Of a stretch of 35,777 bases of DNA, positions 8,395-19,061 are shown in pieces. Below the pieces are notes generated by a model. That model did no database searches. It had not been told where the DNA came from and worked only from the letters and a program-made list of their open reading frames with translations. Every line of letters starts with the position of its first letter. Position 1 is the first letter of the stretch. The position numbers and the translations under genes were made by a program. Source of the stretch: Motiliproteus sp. (GTDB taxonomy: Bacteria > Pseudomonadota > Gammaproteobacteria > Pseudomonadales > Balneatricaceae); NCBI GenBank assembly GCA_041587095.1, contig JBFGYY010000001.1, forward strand, positions 1 through 35,777. The letters are read 5' to 3'.

Positions 8395-8411
8395 AATTGG
8401 TAATACCAATT
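8395..8411. promoter_or_regulatory. LldR/PdhR operator, proximal
   Basis: Perfect AATTGGTAATACCAATT upstream of the lactate permease. Confidence 0.85.
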
Positions 8412-8539
8412 AGCCATTTTTATCAATCCTGCCTTCCATATTGCCAGTAATACGCGTAATCTTGCCGCCGCCCTGGATAACCAGACTAACAACGCGGACA
8501 AAGAAGCCGTGTGTTGTAACAGCAAATGATGGAGATGTA

Positions 8540-10237
8540 ATGAGCATAGAACTACAAGCATTGCTGGCCGCCACGCCAATCGTCCTGGCCGCCGTTCTGT
8601 TACTCGGTTTTCGCTGGCCTGCCAAACTGGCAATGCCGGTAGTCTTTTTCGCAACAGCCCTGATCGCTATCTTCGGCTGGGAGATGTCACTGAATCGCGT
8701 CCTGGCTTCGACCCTGCAAGGCCTTGGCACCACGATTTCGGTACTGTGGATTATTTTCGGCGCCATCCTGCTACTGAACACCCTGAAATATTCCGGCGCA
8801 ATCGGCACTATCCGCGCCGCCTTCGCCAATATCAGCCCCGATCGACGCGTGCAGGTGGTCATTATCGCCTGGTTATTCGGCTCCTTTATCGAAGGCGCAT
8901 CCGGCTTCGGTACTCCGGCCGCGATCGCCGCCCCCCTGCTGGTGGCCATCGGATTCCCGGCGCTGGGCGCGGTCATGATCGGCATGATGATCCAGAGCAC
9001 CCCGGTTTCCTTCGGCGCAGTCGGAACACCCATTATTATCGGGGTTCAGAACGGTCTGGACCGGAGCGAACTAACCCGGCAGCTGATCGCGAATGGCAGT
9101 GACTGGGAATCCTTTGTCCGCCTGATTAGCGCTGAAGTTGCGCTGACGCACGGCATTATCGGCACCCTGATCCCCTTGCTGATGGTGGTCATGCTGACAC
9201 GCTTTTTTGGTCGCAACCGCTCCTGGAGTGAGGGACTGTCTATCGCTCCGTTTGCACTGTTTGCAGGCGCCGCCTTTACCATTCCCTATATGCTGACCGG
9301 GGTCTTTCTGGGGCCTGAATTCCCCTCCCTGATCGGCGGCCTGGTCGGTCTGGCTGTGGTGATGTTCGCGGCACGCAAGGGCTTTCTTATCCCCAAAGAT
9401 AAGTGGGACTTTGCCGAGCCGGCCGAATGGCCTTCAGAGTGGATGGGACGCTTTCAGATCACGATGGATGCACTGGCGGAGAAACGGCCGCTGTCCGCGA
9501 CCATGGCCTGGCTACCCTATGTACTGGTCGCCGTCATACTGGTGCTTTCACGGGTTAGCCCGGAATTTAAAGGTCTGCTGAAATCTGTGGCGGTGGGATT
9601 CAAAGACCTGCTGGGCGAGACCGGCATCGGCACAAGCTTTGCGCCGCTCTACCTGCCCGGTGGCATACTGGTGTTTGTGGTACTGATCACGTTCTTTCTG
9701 CACCGGATGCACCTTGCTGACCTGCGCAAGGCGATCGGAGATTCCAGCCGTACATTGATCGGCGCGGGTTTTGTGCTGGTCTTTACCATTCCGATGGTAC
9801 GCATTCTGATCAACTCGGGTGTGAATGCACAGGCACTGCCCAGCATGCCCATCGCAATGGCGGACTACGTCGCACAGACCTTCGGCGCGAGCTACCCTCT
9901 GTTTGCAGCGGCCATCGGTGCTCTGGGCGCGTTTATCGCCGGTAGCAATACCGTGAGTAACATGATGCTGAGCCAGTTCCAATACGGTATCGCGGTCAAC
10001 CTGGGCCTGTCCGGTGCCATGCTGGTAGCCCTGCAGGCCGTCGGCGCCGCAGCAGGCAATATGGTCGCGATTCACAATGTGGTCGCCGCCTCCGCCACGG
10101 TGGGTCTGCTTGGACGCGAAGGGGCCACCCTGCGGATGACCATCATTCCGACCCTCTACTACGTCCTGGTCGCCGGCCTGATCGGCCTGGCCGCGGTGTA
10201 TCTGTTCGGAATCAGTGACCCGCTGATGCAGAGCTGA
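8540..10237 (+). CDS. lldP: L-lactate permease (LctP family)
   Basis: GGAG RBS then ATG 8540; FIEGASGFGTPAA, STPVSFGAVGTP, FIAGSNTVSN, GAAAGNMVAIHNVVAA; many TM segments. Confidence 0.93.
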   Translation: MSIELQALLAATPIVLAAVLLLGFRWPAKLAMPVVFFATALIAIFGWEMSLNRVLASTLQGLGTTISVLWIIFGAILLLNTLKYSGAIGTIRAAFANISPDRRVQVVIIAWLFGSFIEGASGFGTPAAIAAPLLVAIGFPALGAVMIGMMIQSTPVSFGAVGTPIIIGVQNGLDRSELTRQLIANGSDWESFVRLISAEVALTHGIIGTLIPLLMVVMLTRFFGRNRSWSEGLSIAPFALFAGAAFTIPYMLTGVFLGPEFPSLIGGLVGLAVVMFAARKGFLIPKDKWDFAEPAEWPSEWMGRFQITMDALAEKRPLSATMAWLPYVLVAVILVLSRVSPEFKGLLKSVAVGFKDLLGETGIGTSFAPLYLPGGILVFVVLITFFLHRMHLADLRKAIGDSSRTLIGAGFVLVFTIPMVRILINSGVNAQALPSMPIAMADYVAQTFGASYPLFAAAIGALGAFIAGSNTVSNMMLSQFQYGIAVNLGLSGAMLVALQAVGAAAGNMVAIHNVVAASATVGLLGREGATLRMTIIPTLYYVLVAGLIGLAAVYLFGISDPLMQS

Positions 10238-10240
10238 AAC

Positions 10241-10276
10241 TAAAGAGGGCGCGCCTATCTCGGCACGCCCTCTTTA
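10241..10276. terminator. Bidirectional intrinsic terminator between convergent lldP and lrp
   Basis: TAAAGAGGGCGCGCC-TATCTC-GGCACGCCCTCTTTA inverted repeat. Confidence 0.75.
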
Positions 10277-10319
10277 CGTCCACTTTCCTGGCACAGAATC
10301 CCTGCAGCAAAACAGCTTA

Positions 10320-10784
10320 CTATCCCAGCGGCAGCGCCGTTTTATTCACGACCTGGCGCATCACAAAGCTGGAATGCACCCCCGTCACCCCCTCGATACG
10401 GGTGATCTTGTCCAGCAACAAAGTCTGGTACGCATCCATATCCTTCACCACCACTTTCAGCTGGTAATCGGCATCCTGACCGGTAACCAGCAGACACTCC
10501 AGCACCTCCGGCAGCGCCCGAACGGCGGCATCAAACGCCGAAAACCGGTCCGGTGTGTGCCGATCCATCGAAATATGAATCAGCGCCATCAGCGTCAGCC
10601 CCAATTGCCGCGCATCCAGAATGGCGCGATAACCCGCAATCAGGCCGCTTTCTTCCAATGCACGCACCCGGCGCAGGCAAGGTGACTGCGATAAACCAAT
10701 CCGCTCGGCAAGCTCCTGATTGCTGATGCGCCCCGCTTGCTGCAGCACTTCCAGAATGCGCCGATCATAACGATCCAGCTTCAT
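10320..10784 (-). CDS. Lrp/AsnC family transcriptional regulator
   Basis: MKLDRYDRRILEVLQ..GRISNQELAERIGLS.SPCLRRVRALEE.G; C-terminal RAM domain (ECLLVTG..DY). Confidence 0.95.
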   Translation of the reverse strand: MKLDRYDRRILEVLQQAGRISNQELAERIGLSQSPCLRRVRALEESGLIAGYRAILDARQLGLTLMALIHISMDRHTPDRFSAFDAAVRALPEVLECLLVTGQDADYQLKVVVKDMDAYQTLLLDKITRIEGVTGVHSSFVMRQVVNKTALPLG

Positions 10785-10806
10785 AGATGCTCCCACAACC
10801 CAACCA

Positions 10807-10891
10807 TAGACAAAAAATTGCTTAATAATTAATTAATGCGCAACAACTTACCATTAAACATTCTGCGGCGCATCAATTAGCAATAATCTAG
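10807..10891. promoter_or_regulatory. AT-rich region with Lrp-type binding sites
   Basis: AGACAAAAAATTGCT and TAGCAATAATCTAG resemble Lrp sites; a TAGACT -10-like hexamer follows at 10906-10911. Confidence 0.4.
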
Positions 10892-11071
10892 CCCATGATC
10901 TTGCGTAGACTATGTCTGTCCGCTACCCGCAGACAGATGCAGCGAAATCCTACCCGGTAACCGCTCTGCTATCCGGGCCCACAAGGCCCGGAAAAACACC
11001 CCGCTAACCGGCACAAACCAACCCCGGGGACCATGACCCACCGCCCAACGTTAACGTTCGAGGATCCTACC

Positions 11072-12739
11072 GTGACCATGTTTAACCACCGCAAATACCG
11101 TCCGGCCCCGGTTGTGCCTATGCACAACCGCCAGTGGCCGAACCGCACTCTGGACAAAGCCCCGCGCTGGGCCAGCGTCGATCTGCGTGATGGTAATCAG
11201 GCGTTGCTGGAGCCGATGAATCCGGCGCAGAAGCAGCGACTCTGGGCGTTGCTGGTTAAACTCGGCTGCAAAGAGATCGAGATCGGCTTTCCTTCCGCCA
11301 GCCAACCCGACTACGATTTTATTCGCTGGTTGATCGAAGAGGATCAGATTCCCGACGACGTGACTGTTCAGGTGCTGGTTCAGGCCCGCGAGGCCTTGAT
11401 CGTGCGTACTTTTGAAGCATTACGCGGCGTTAAACGCGCGGTGGTACACGTGTACAACTCCACCTCGAAAGTGCAGCGCGAGCGTGTGTTCGGCCAGGGC
11501 ACCGAGGGGATTACCGCGATCGCCAAACAGGGTGCCGAGCTGCTCAAGCGTGAAGCGGATAAATACCCGGACGTCGACTGGACCTTTCAGTACAGCCCCG
11601 AGAGTTTCAGCAATACCGAAATGGACTACGCGGTTGAGATCTGCGATGCCGTGATCGACATCTGGCAACCGACCCCCGAACACCCCTGCATCATCAACCT
11701 GCCCGCTACCGTTGAAAGCACCACGCCAAACATCTTTGCCGACCAGGTCGAGTATTTTTTAACCCATATCCGCCAACGCGACAGTATTATTCTGTCCGTG
11801 CACACCCACAACGACCGTGGCAGCGCCGTGGCTGCCGCCGAACTGGCCTTACTGGCCGGTGCCGACCGTGTCGAGGGCACCCTGCTCGGCAACGGCGAAC
11901 GTACCGGCAATATGGATATTGTCACCCTGGCCATGAACCTCTACAGCCAGGGCATCGACCCGGAGCTGGACCTGTCCAACCCCGATGAAATAATCGCCGT
12001 GTATACCGAATGCACCGGCCTGCCCGTACACCCCCGCCACCCCTGGATCGGTGAACTGGTGTATACCGCCTTCTCCGGCAGTCATCAGGACGCCATTCGT
12101 AAATGCCTGCACCAGCAGCAACCCGACGAGCATTGGCAGGTCGCTTACCTGCCCATCGATCCGCAGGATATCGGCCGTGACTACCAGGCGGTGATCCGGG
12201 TAAACAGCCAATCCGGCAAAGGCGGGGTCGCCTTTGTTTTAGAACGCGATTACGGCCTGAGCCTGCCGCGCTGGATGCAGGTAGAGATGGCGCAGCTGGT
12301 ACAGCAGCAAAGCGAGACCAGCGGCAAAGAGATCGACGGGGAGGGAATCTACCGGCTGTTCCGGCAACACTTCGTCGCCGACACCGCACCGGTTAAGATC
12401 ACAGGCTACCGGCTGAACCGCGATGGTCACGACCAGATCGAAGCCGACCTGCTGATTGGTGACACAGCCCACCAGATCAAAGGCGAAGGGGAAGGCGCTA
12501 TATCCGCCTTTATTGACGCCTGGGGGCAGCACAGTGGCCAGCAGCTCAGCGTGGTGGATTACAGCGAGCATGCCATGGGCGCCGGCACCGATGCCGAAGC
12601 GGTCACCTACGTACAGGTCAACATCGATGGCGCCCGGGTCAGCGGCGTGGCCTTCGACCACGATACGGTAAGTGCCTCACTGAAAGCCGTGCTATCGACC
12701 ATCAACCGGGTACGGCAGGCACAGAATCAGGCGGCGTAA
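11072..12739 (+). CDS. leuA: 2-isopropylmalate synthase (LeuA type 2)
   Basis: [67 protein letters not shown]; start probably GTG 11072 or ATG 11078 after GAGGA (11033 also possible). Confidence 0.95.
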   Translation: MTMFNHRKYRPAPVVPMHNRQWPNRTLDKAPRWASVDLRDGNQALLEPMNPAQKQRLWALLVKLGCKEIEIGFPSASQPDYDFIRWLIEEDQIPDDVTVQVLVQAREALIVRTFEALRGVKRAVVHVYNSTSKVQRERVFGQGTEGITAIAKQGAELLKREADKYPDVDWTFQYSPESFSNTEMDYAVEICDAVIDIWQPTPEHPCIINLPATVESTTPNIFADQVEYFLTHIRQRDSIILSVHTHNDRGSAVAAAELALLAGADRVEGTLLGNGERTGNMDIVTLAMNLYSQGIDPELDLSNPDEIIAVYTECTGLPVHPRHPWIGELVYTAFSGSHQDAIRKCLHQQQPDEHWQVAYLPIDPQDIGRDYQAVIRVNSQSGKGGVAFVLERDYGLSLPRWMQVEMAQLVQQQSETSGKEIDGEGIYRLFRQHFVADTAPVKITGYRLNRDGHDQIEADLLIGDTAHQIKGEGEGAISAFIDAWGQHSGQQLSVVDYSEHAMGAGTDAEAVTYVQVNIDGARVSGVAFDHDTVSASLKAVLSTINRVRQAQNQAA

Positions 12740-12800
12740 GCCCTTCAAGCAGGTGCACCAAGGGCGCTGGTCCATGCTCACCGGACCGGCGCCTTGCCGG

Positions 12801-13883
12801 TCACAAGACGTGCATTACAGGGTAGTCGCTATACCCCTCGGGACCCGGGGTATAAAAGCGCTCCATATCGGGTGTATTTTCTGCTGCGCCGGAACGCCAT
12901 CGGACGACCAGATCCGGGTTGGCCAGAAACGGCCGCCCCACCGCAACCAGATCACAACGGCTTGCGGCCAGATCGCTCTGCGCCCGGTCAGCATCGTAGC
13001 CGCCGCAGAGAATCAACGCGCCCTGAAACGCATTGCGGATCTTGTCTTTCATCGAATAAGGCACAACCGGCGCCCCCATCGACGCATGATCGACCAGGTG
13101 TATATACACCAGCCCGCGCGCATTCAGTTGTTCGGCCAGATAGGTGTAATCGGCCTCCATTCCGTCGTAAAGGGGCATGTCGTTAAACACGCCAAAAGGT
13201 GAAAGGCGGATACCGACTCTCTGCTTACCGATCGCGCCGCATACCGCATCAACCACCTCCAAAACAAAGCGCGCGCGGTTTTCGATGGATCCGCCATACT
13301 CATCACGGCGCTTATTTGAGCTGGGCCGGATAAACTGCTCCAGGAGATAGCCATTGGCGCCGTGCAATTCAACGCCATCGAATCCGGCCTGTAACGCATT
13401 CTCTGCCGCCAGAACAAACTCGCCGACGGCCGCGCGGATATCTTCCCCGCTCATCTCCTGCGGGATTGGGTGGGGCAACATCCCCTGACTATCGGTATAC
13501 ATCTCCCCCTCGGCGGCGATCGCCGAAGGCGCAAGAATGCGGGCCTTTGCCGGCATGTTCTGCCCGTGGGCAACGCGGCCGCAGTGCATCAGCTGCACAA
13601 ATATTTTCGCGCCTTTACTGTGAACCGCCTCGGTAACCCCCCGCCAACCATTGACCTGCGCCGCACTGAAAATGCCGGGGATACGCGCGTAACCCAAGCC
13701 ATTCGGCGAGGGAGAGGTTCCTTCGGTGATGATCAGTCCGGCCGAGGCGCGTTGTCCGTAGTACTGGGCCATCAACGCATTGGGAAGGTTATCGGTTGCC
13801 CGGCAACGGGTCATCGGCGCCATGACCAGATGATTTTGCAGGGTCAGCGAACCCAGGGTGGCCTTAGCGAACAAGATAGACAT
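12801..13883 (-). CDS. Old yellow enzyme / alkene reductase (NemA-like)
   Basis: MAPMTR.RA, YYGQRASAGLIITEG, QLMHCGR, GFDGVELHGANGYL, DEYGGSIENRARF, GRPFLANPDL; GGAG RBS before MSILF. Confidence 0.95.
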   Translation of the reverse strand: MSILFAKATLGSLTLQNHLVMAPMTRCRATDNLPNALMAQYYGQRASAGLIITEGTSPSPNGLGYARIPGIFSAAQVNGWRGVTEAVHSKGAKIFVQLMHCGRVAHGQNMPAKARILAPSAIAAEGEMYTDSQGMLPHPIPQEMSGEDIRAAVGEFVLAAENALQAGFDGVELHGANGYLLEQFIRPSSNKRRDEYGGSIENRARFVLEVVDAVCGAIGKQRVGIRLSPFGVFNDMPLYDGMEADYTYLAEQLNARGLVYIHLVDHASMGAPVVPYSMKDKIRNAFQGALILCGGYDADRAQSDLAASRCDLVAVGRPFLANPDLVVRWRSGAAENTPDMERFYTPGPEGYSDYPVMHVL

Positions 13884-14137
13884 AAATAGAGAGCTCCAAA
13901 ACAACAATATGAGCCGCTAATCGTTACCGATCAGCGGTCAACGTATCCTCTGTCTCTCTACTATAGGCGAAAAATTGCGCGCCTAGAGGGCACTATACCT
14001 GCTGAACCGCAGCGCACCGGCAGTCAATGCATAGCTCAGCGCGGCACTGAAAACTCGGCTGAACAGGAACGCTAAGACCTGCCTGCTCACCCGGATAGCT
14101 GCTCTGCAGCGCCGAGTTTTCCCATAACGTTCAACAC

Positions 14138-14237
14138 GGCTGTTTTTTGTCCTGATGTCTGCAGACCAGCAGCTATAGGGCTTAGCGCTGGTTGCCCATA
14201 AATGCCACACAAGGTTATCCACAGATTCTGTGGATGA
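14138..14237. promoter_or_regulatory. DnaA-box cluster (DARS-like element 2) with Fis-like site
   Basis: GGCTGTTTTTTGTCC 14138-14152 fits GNNYRWWWWWYRNNC; core TGCCACACA(14203-14211)-AGG-TTATCCACA(14215-14223)-GATTC-TGTGGATGA(14229-14237). Confidence 0.6.
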
Positions 14238-14275
14238 CCTGATCAAAACGGTCTTGGCTGGGCTGGGCCGCGCGG

Positions 14276-15511
14276 CTAGTAGGCCGATAACGCGACAAAG
14301 GCGTCCATCACGCGCTGTGGGTTACGCATGAGCTCTTCTTTCCAGGTACCCAATCGACGCCGGCTCTGTATCAGACCGCGAATAGCCGCAGCATGACGCT
14401 CGGTGCCGATGGTAATAGCGCCGATTAACTGATCCGCCTCGAAACACAGACGGGTGTAGCGAAAATGCTCGGTATCGCTGGCTTCGATAACCTCGCCGCC
14501 CTCCCGGCCCTGCCATAACCCGAACGTATGGGAGATGAGCCCGCCGGTATCGAGCACATTCATGCTCAGACTGCCGCAGTAAGGGACGGTATTTCCGGCC
14601 ATGTTCAGCGCTGCGACCCGGCCGTGCTCGGTCGCCGTCGGCTGCAACGCATGAACAACCCATTCGCCGGTAGAAAAATCCCGCCCCTGGGCGACGTCGC
14701 CCGCGGCATAGATCCCCTGCACCGAGCTCTGCATGTAGGGATCAACAATAATCCCCTGATCTGCATCGACGCCGGTGCCTTCCAGAAATGCCAAATTCGG
14801 CTCCACACCTGTGGCCAGTATCACCAGATCAGCGTCGATGGATTGATTATCCATCACCAGGCGAGGCCCCTCTTCAATCCGCTCCAGGCGCCCCTGAGTA
14901 ATCACATTCACGCCTTTCTTCTCCAGCCAGCGCTGGATCATGCTGCTGCCGGTGGGCGTCATCATCGAGCGTAAAATCTGCCCGGCCCGACCGGCGATAA
15001 CCGACAGCTCAACGCCCCTGGCTACCAGCGATTTAATACATACACCGGCGACAAACCCGCCCCCCACGATAACCACGCGAGCGCCCGGCTTAAGTTGCGC
15101 GGTGATGCGCCGGGCATCGTCCAGCGTCCAGCAGCTCACCACATTGTTATGCTCTGTTCCGGCGATGGGTGGCAGGCGGGGCGAGGAACCGGTGGCCACC
15201 AGCAACCGGTCATAGGCTAAGCTTGTACCGTCATCCAGGGTAACGCTGCCGCCGGGCTGGCCAGCTCTGACCCGCATCACACGGTTGTTCAGGTAGCGAA
15301 TACCCAGGCGCGAATAGTGATCCGGCTGCTTACGCTGATACGCGCCGGACTCTTCAATATTACCGGCCAGAATGTAGGGGATCGCCATGCGCGCATAGGG
15401 TTCGCCGGCTTCTCCGCTGATCAGGGTGATCTCTCCGCCGGGATCTGCCCGGCGCAGTGTTTCAGCAGCTCTGACGCCGGCAGGTCCGGCGCCGATAATG
15501 ACATATTGCAT
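14276..15511 (-). CDS. NAD(P)/FAD-dependent oxidoreductase (AorC/PadH-like flavoprotein)
   Basis: YVIIGAGPAG, PY.RMAIPY, LLVATGS, VIVGGGFV, IYAAGDVA, ALQPTATEHGR.AA.NM, GSL.MNVLD. Confidence 0.88.
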   Translation of the reverse strand: MQYVIIGAGPAGVRAAETLRRADPGGEITLISGEAGEPYARMAIPYILAGNIEESGAYQRKQPDHYSRLGIRYLNNRVMRVRAGQPGGSVTLDDGTSLAYDRLLVATGSSPRLPPIAGTEHNNVVSCWTLDDARRITAQLKPGARVVIVGGGFVAGVCIKSLVARGVELSVIAGRAGQILRSMMTPTGSSMIQRWLEKKGVNVITQGRLERIEEGPRLVMDNQSIDADLVILATGVEPNLAFLEGTGVDADQGIIVDPYMQSSVQGIYAAGDVAQGRDFSTGEWVVHALQPTATEHGRVAALNMAGNTVPYCGSLSMNVLDTGGLISHTFGLWQGREGGEVIEASDTEHFRYTRLCFEADQLIGAITIGTERHAAAIRGLIQSRRRLGTWKEELMRNPQRVMDAFVALSAY

Positions 15512-15550
15512 GAGGATGCTCTCTGTTATGCAGCACCACCCCGACCAGCG

Positions 15551-15606
15551 CAGCCAGACAAGTTCAGCCTGGCAATTTCAGCCAAACAAGTTTAGCCAGG
15601 CACCGG
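15551..15606. repeat. Imperfect 14-bp tandem repeat, four copies
   Basis: CAGCCAGACAAGTT / CAGCCTGGCAATTT / CAGCCAAACAAGTT / TAGCCAGGCACCGG. Confidence 0.75.
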
Positions 15607-15826
15607 GCTGATCGACCGATACAACGCCTCAGGAGGTGGCAATGCAGAAATTGGGCGGCTATGGAGCTTGCCTGGCACAGAAGCCACCTTAGCGGTGCGT
15701 GCGTATCGGCCGGCGGTTCCCGGCAGGGTTGGCCCAATACCGTATAAACCGATTTTAGGCAGCGCCGGCTATCGTTCAAACCCCTCTTTGGAGCCGTTTC
15801 GATAAGCCTAAAGGTTGTAAGGCTTA

Positions 15827-16699
15827 TTAGGACCGAAGGTTCATGTTGAGGAAATCGATCAGCATGCGCACCTTGGCCGACAGGTGTCGGTTCTGTGGAT
15901 AAAGCGCCCAGATCCCCTCTTCCTCCTGCGCATAAGACGCCAGGACCTCGATCAGATCGCCGCAGGCGATGCGCCCGGCCACATAGTAATCGGGGAGCTG
16001 CACCAGCCCCATCCCCTTCAGCGCCGCATCCAGCAATACCGGTCCGCTGTTACAGCGCAAGTTGCCTTTAACATGGATGCTGCGCAATTTACCTGCCTCA
16101 ACGAAGCGCCAGTAATCCAGCGTGCCCAGCAGACAGTTATGCCCGGTTAACTCTGACAATGTATGGGGCTGACCGTGGCGCTGCAGATAGTCAGGCGAGG
16201 CGCAAACGTGCAGGCGGCGCGAACCCAGTTTTTTTGCTACCAGCCGCGAATCTTGCAACGTGCCTAGGCGAATTCCCAGGTCGAACCCCTCCTCCACCAG
16301 ATCCAGCTGCCGGTTGCTCAGCTGCAGCTCAACCTCCAGTCCGGGGTGTTGCTGGCAAAACGAATTCACCAGTGGCGCAATATAGCGTTCGCCGTACGCA
16401 ACCGGCGCTGTCAGCCGTAGTTTGCCGATGGGTTCACGCTGCAGGTTGGAGACACTGCGTTGCGCATCTTCCAGGTTATCCAGAATCTGCCGGCAGCGCT
16501 GATAATAGGTTGCGCCGTCGGCGGTCACCGACACCTTACGGGTGGTTCGGTTGAGCAGCTTGACCCCCAGCCGCTGCTCCAGCGCACTGACCTGCCGGCT
16601 GACATTGGCAACCGACGTACCAAGACGGCTCGCAGCCGCCGTAAAGCTTCCTGTTTCGGTAACCGCGACAAACTCATTGATCCCTTCCCAAACCGCCAT
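15827..16699 (-). CDS. LysR family regulator (CrgA-like, divergent from frmA)
   Basis: MAVWEGINEFVAV.ETGSFTAAA..LG.S...VSRQV..LE..LGVKLLNRTTR; ASPDYL..HG.P; YPQNRHLSAKVR. Confidence 0.95.
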   Translation of the reverse strand: MAVWEGINEFVAVTETGSFTAAASRLGTSVANVSRQVSALEQRLGVKLLNRTTRKVSVTADGATYYQRCRQILDNLEDAQRSVSNLQREPIGKLRLTAPVAYGERYIAPLVNSFCQQHPGLEVELQLSNRQLDLVEEGFDLGIRLGTLQDSRLVAKKLGSRRLHVCASPDYLQRHGQPHTLSELTGHNCLLGTLDYWRFVEAGKLRSIHVKGNLRCNSGPVLLDAALKGMGLVQLPDYYVAGRIACGDLIEVLASYAQEEEGIWALYPQNRHLSAKVRMLIDFLNMNLRS

Positions 16700-16788
16700 T
16701 GTCCTACCACGCTTATCCACTTTTCTCAGGTTGCACTGCTGTCCGACGCGGCGCGAGCGGACAGCGAGCTCTGCATATTCACCGCATA

Positions 16789-18018
<1,230 letters not shown>

Positions 18019-18150
18019 CAGCGCGGCACCAGCCTGCTCGGCGCCTCTCAGGGCGCCGTGCAGGGCGCGTCACCGGAAGCGAAGCCGGGCCGTAGCCGAA
18101 ATTGAAGCTGAGGTTAAGGTTGGCCCGGCCTCCATTCGCAAGGACAAACC

Positions 18151-18999
18151 ATGAGCATTGAACATATCTGCAGTAACAAAAGTTTCGGCGGCTGGCACAA
18201 GCAATACCGGCACCTATCTGCGGCACTCAGCTGCAGCATGCGCTTTGCCATCTACCTGCCACCGCAAGCGTCTTGCGGCCAGAAAGTCCCGGTCCTGTAC
18301 TGGCTGTCGGGGCTGACCTGCAGCGACGAAAATTTTATGCACAAAGCGGGGGCGCAGCGGGTAGCGGCGGAGCTGGGCATCGCCATCGTGGCCCCCGATA
18401 CCAGCCCCCGTGGTGAGGATGTGCCCGACGACCCGCAGCAGGCCTACGACCTGGGGCTAGGTGCCGGTTTTTACGTCAATGCCACACAACCACCCTGGAA
18501 CCGGCATTACCACATGTATGATTACGTCGTGTCGGAGCTACCGGCCCTGGTGGAATCGCTATTCCCCGTGAACCGGCAGCGTGCCATCAGCGGCCATTCG
18601 ATGGGTGGCCACGGCGCGCTGGTAGCGGCATTACGCAATCCCGACCGCTACAGTTCGGTGTCGGCTTTCAGCCCGATCAATAATCCAAGCCGCTGCCCCT
18701 GGGGACAAAAAGCGTTCAGCGCTTATCTCGGTGATGACCACGGTGCCTGGGCCGAATACGATGCCTGCGAACTGATTACGCGGGGAGCAGCCAGCCTGCC
18801 GACACTGGTCGATCAGGGTGACGCCGATGACTTCCTCAGCCGCGAGCTAAAACCCGAGGCACTGGCTGCGGCCGCAACGGCGAGCGATTACCCCCTGGAA
18901 TTGCGCTACCAGGCGGGCTACGACCATAGCTATTACTTTATTGCCAGTTTTATCGAGGATCACCTGCGCTTTCATGCGCGGCATCTGGCTCGCCAATAA
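18151..18999 (+). CDS. fghA: S-formylglutathione hydrolase
   Basis: [25 protein letters not shown], nucleophile motif [14 protein letters not shown]. Confidence 0.96.
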   Translation: MSIEHICSNKSFGGWHKQYRHLSAALSCSMRFAIYLPPQASCGQKVPVLYWLSGLTCSDENFMHKAGAQRVAAELGIAIVAPDTSPRGEDVPDDPQQAYDLGLGAGFYVNATQPPWNRHYHMYDYVVSELPALVESLFPVNRQRAISGHSMGGHGALVAALRNPDRYSSVSAFSPINNPSRCPWGQKAFSAYLGDDHGAWAEYDACELITRGAASLPTLVDQGDADDFLSRELKPEALAAAATASDYPLELRYQAGYDHSYYFIASFIEDHLRFHARHLARQ

Positions 19000-19061
19000 T
19001 GGCGTCGGGACGGCAATGAGAGATAAAAGCCGGAGCAGCGCAGGTTGAACCCTGATGAACG

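Noticed and set aside
10288-10306. Sigma54-like TGGCAC...TGC
   Set aside because: GG-to-GC spacing is 12 rather than 10, and it lies between convergent genes.
10918-11035. Known riboswitch (SAH/SAM) in the leuA leader
   Set aside because: I could not match the conserved cores by eye; an Rfam scan would settle it.
13914-13937. Imperfect inverted repeat upstream of the OYE gene (CCGCTAATCG-TTAC-CGATCAGCGG)
   Set aside because: It could be an operator or leader hairpin, but it matches no motif I know and no cognate regulator is adjacent.
15551-15606. CRISPR array
   Set aside because: The units are 14 bp and contiguous, with no spacers and no cas genes.
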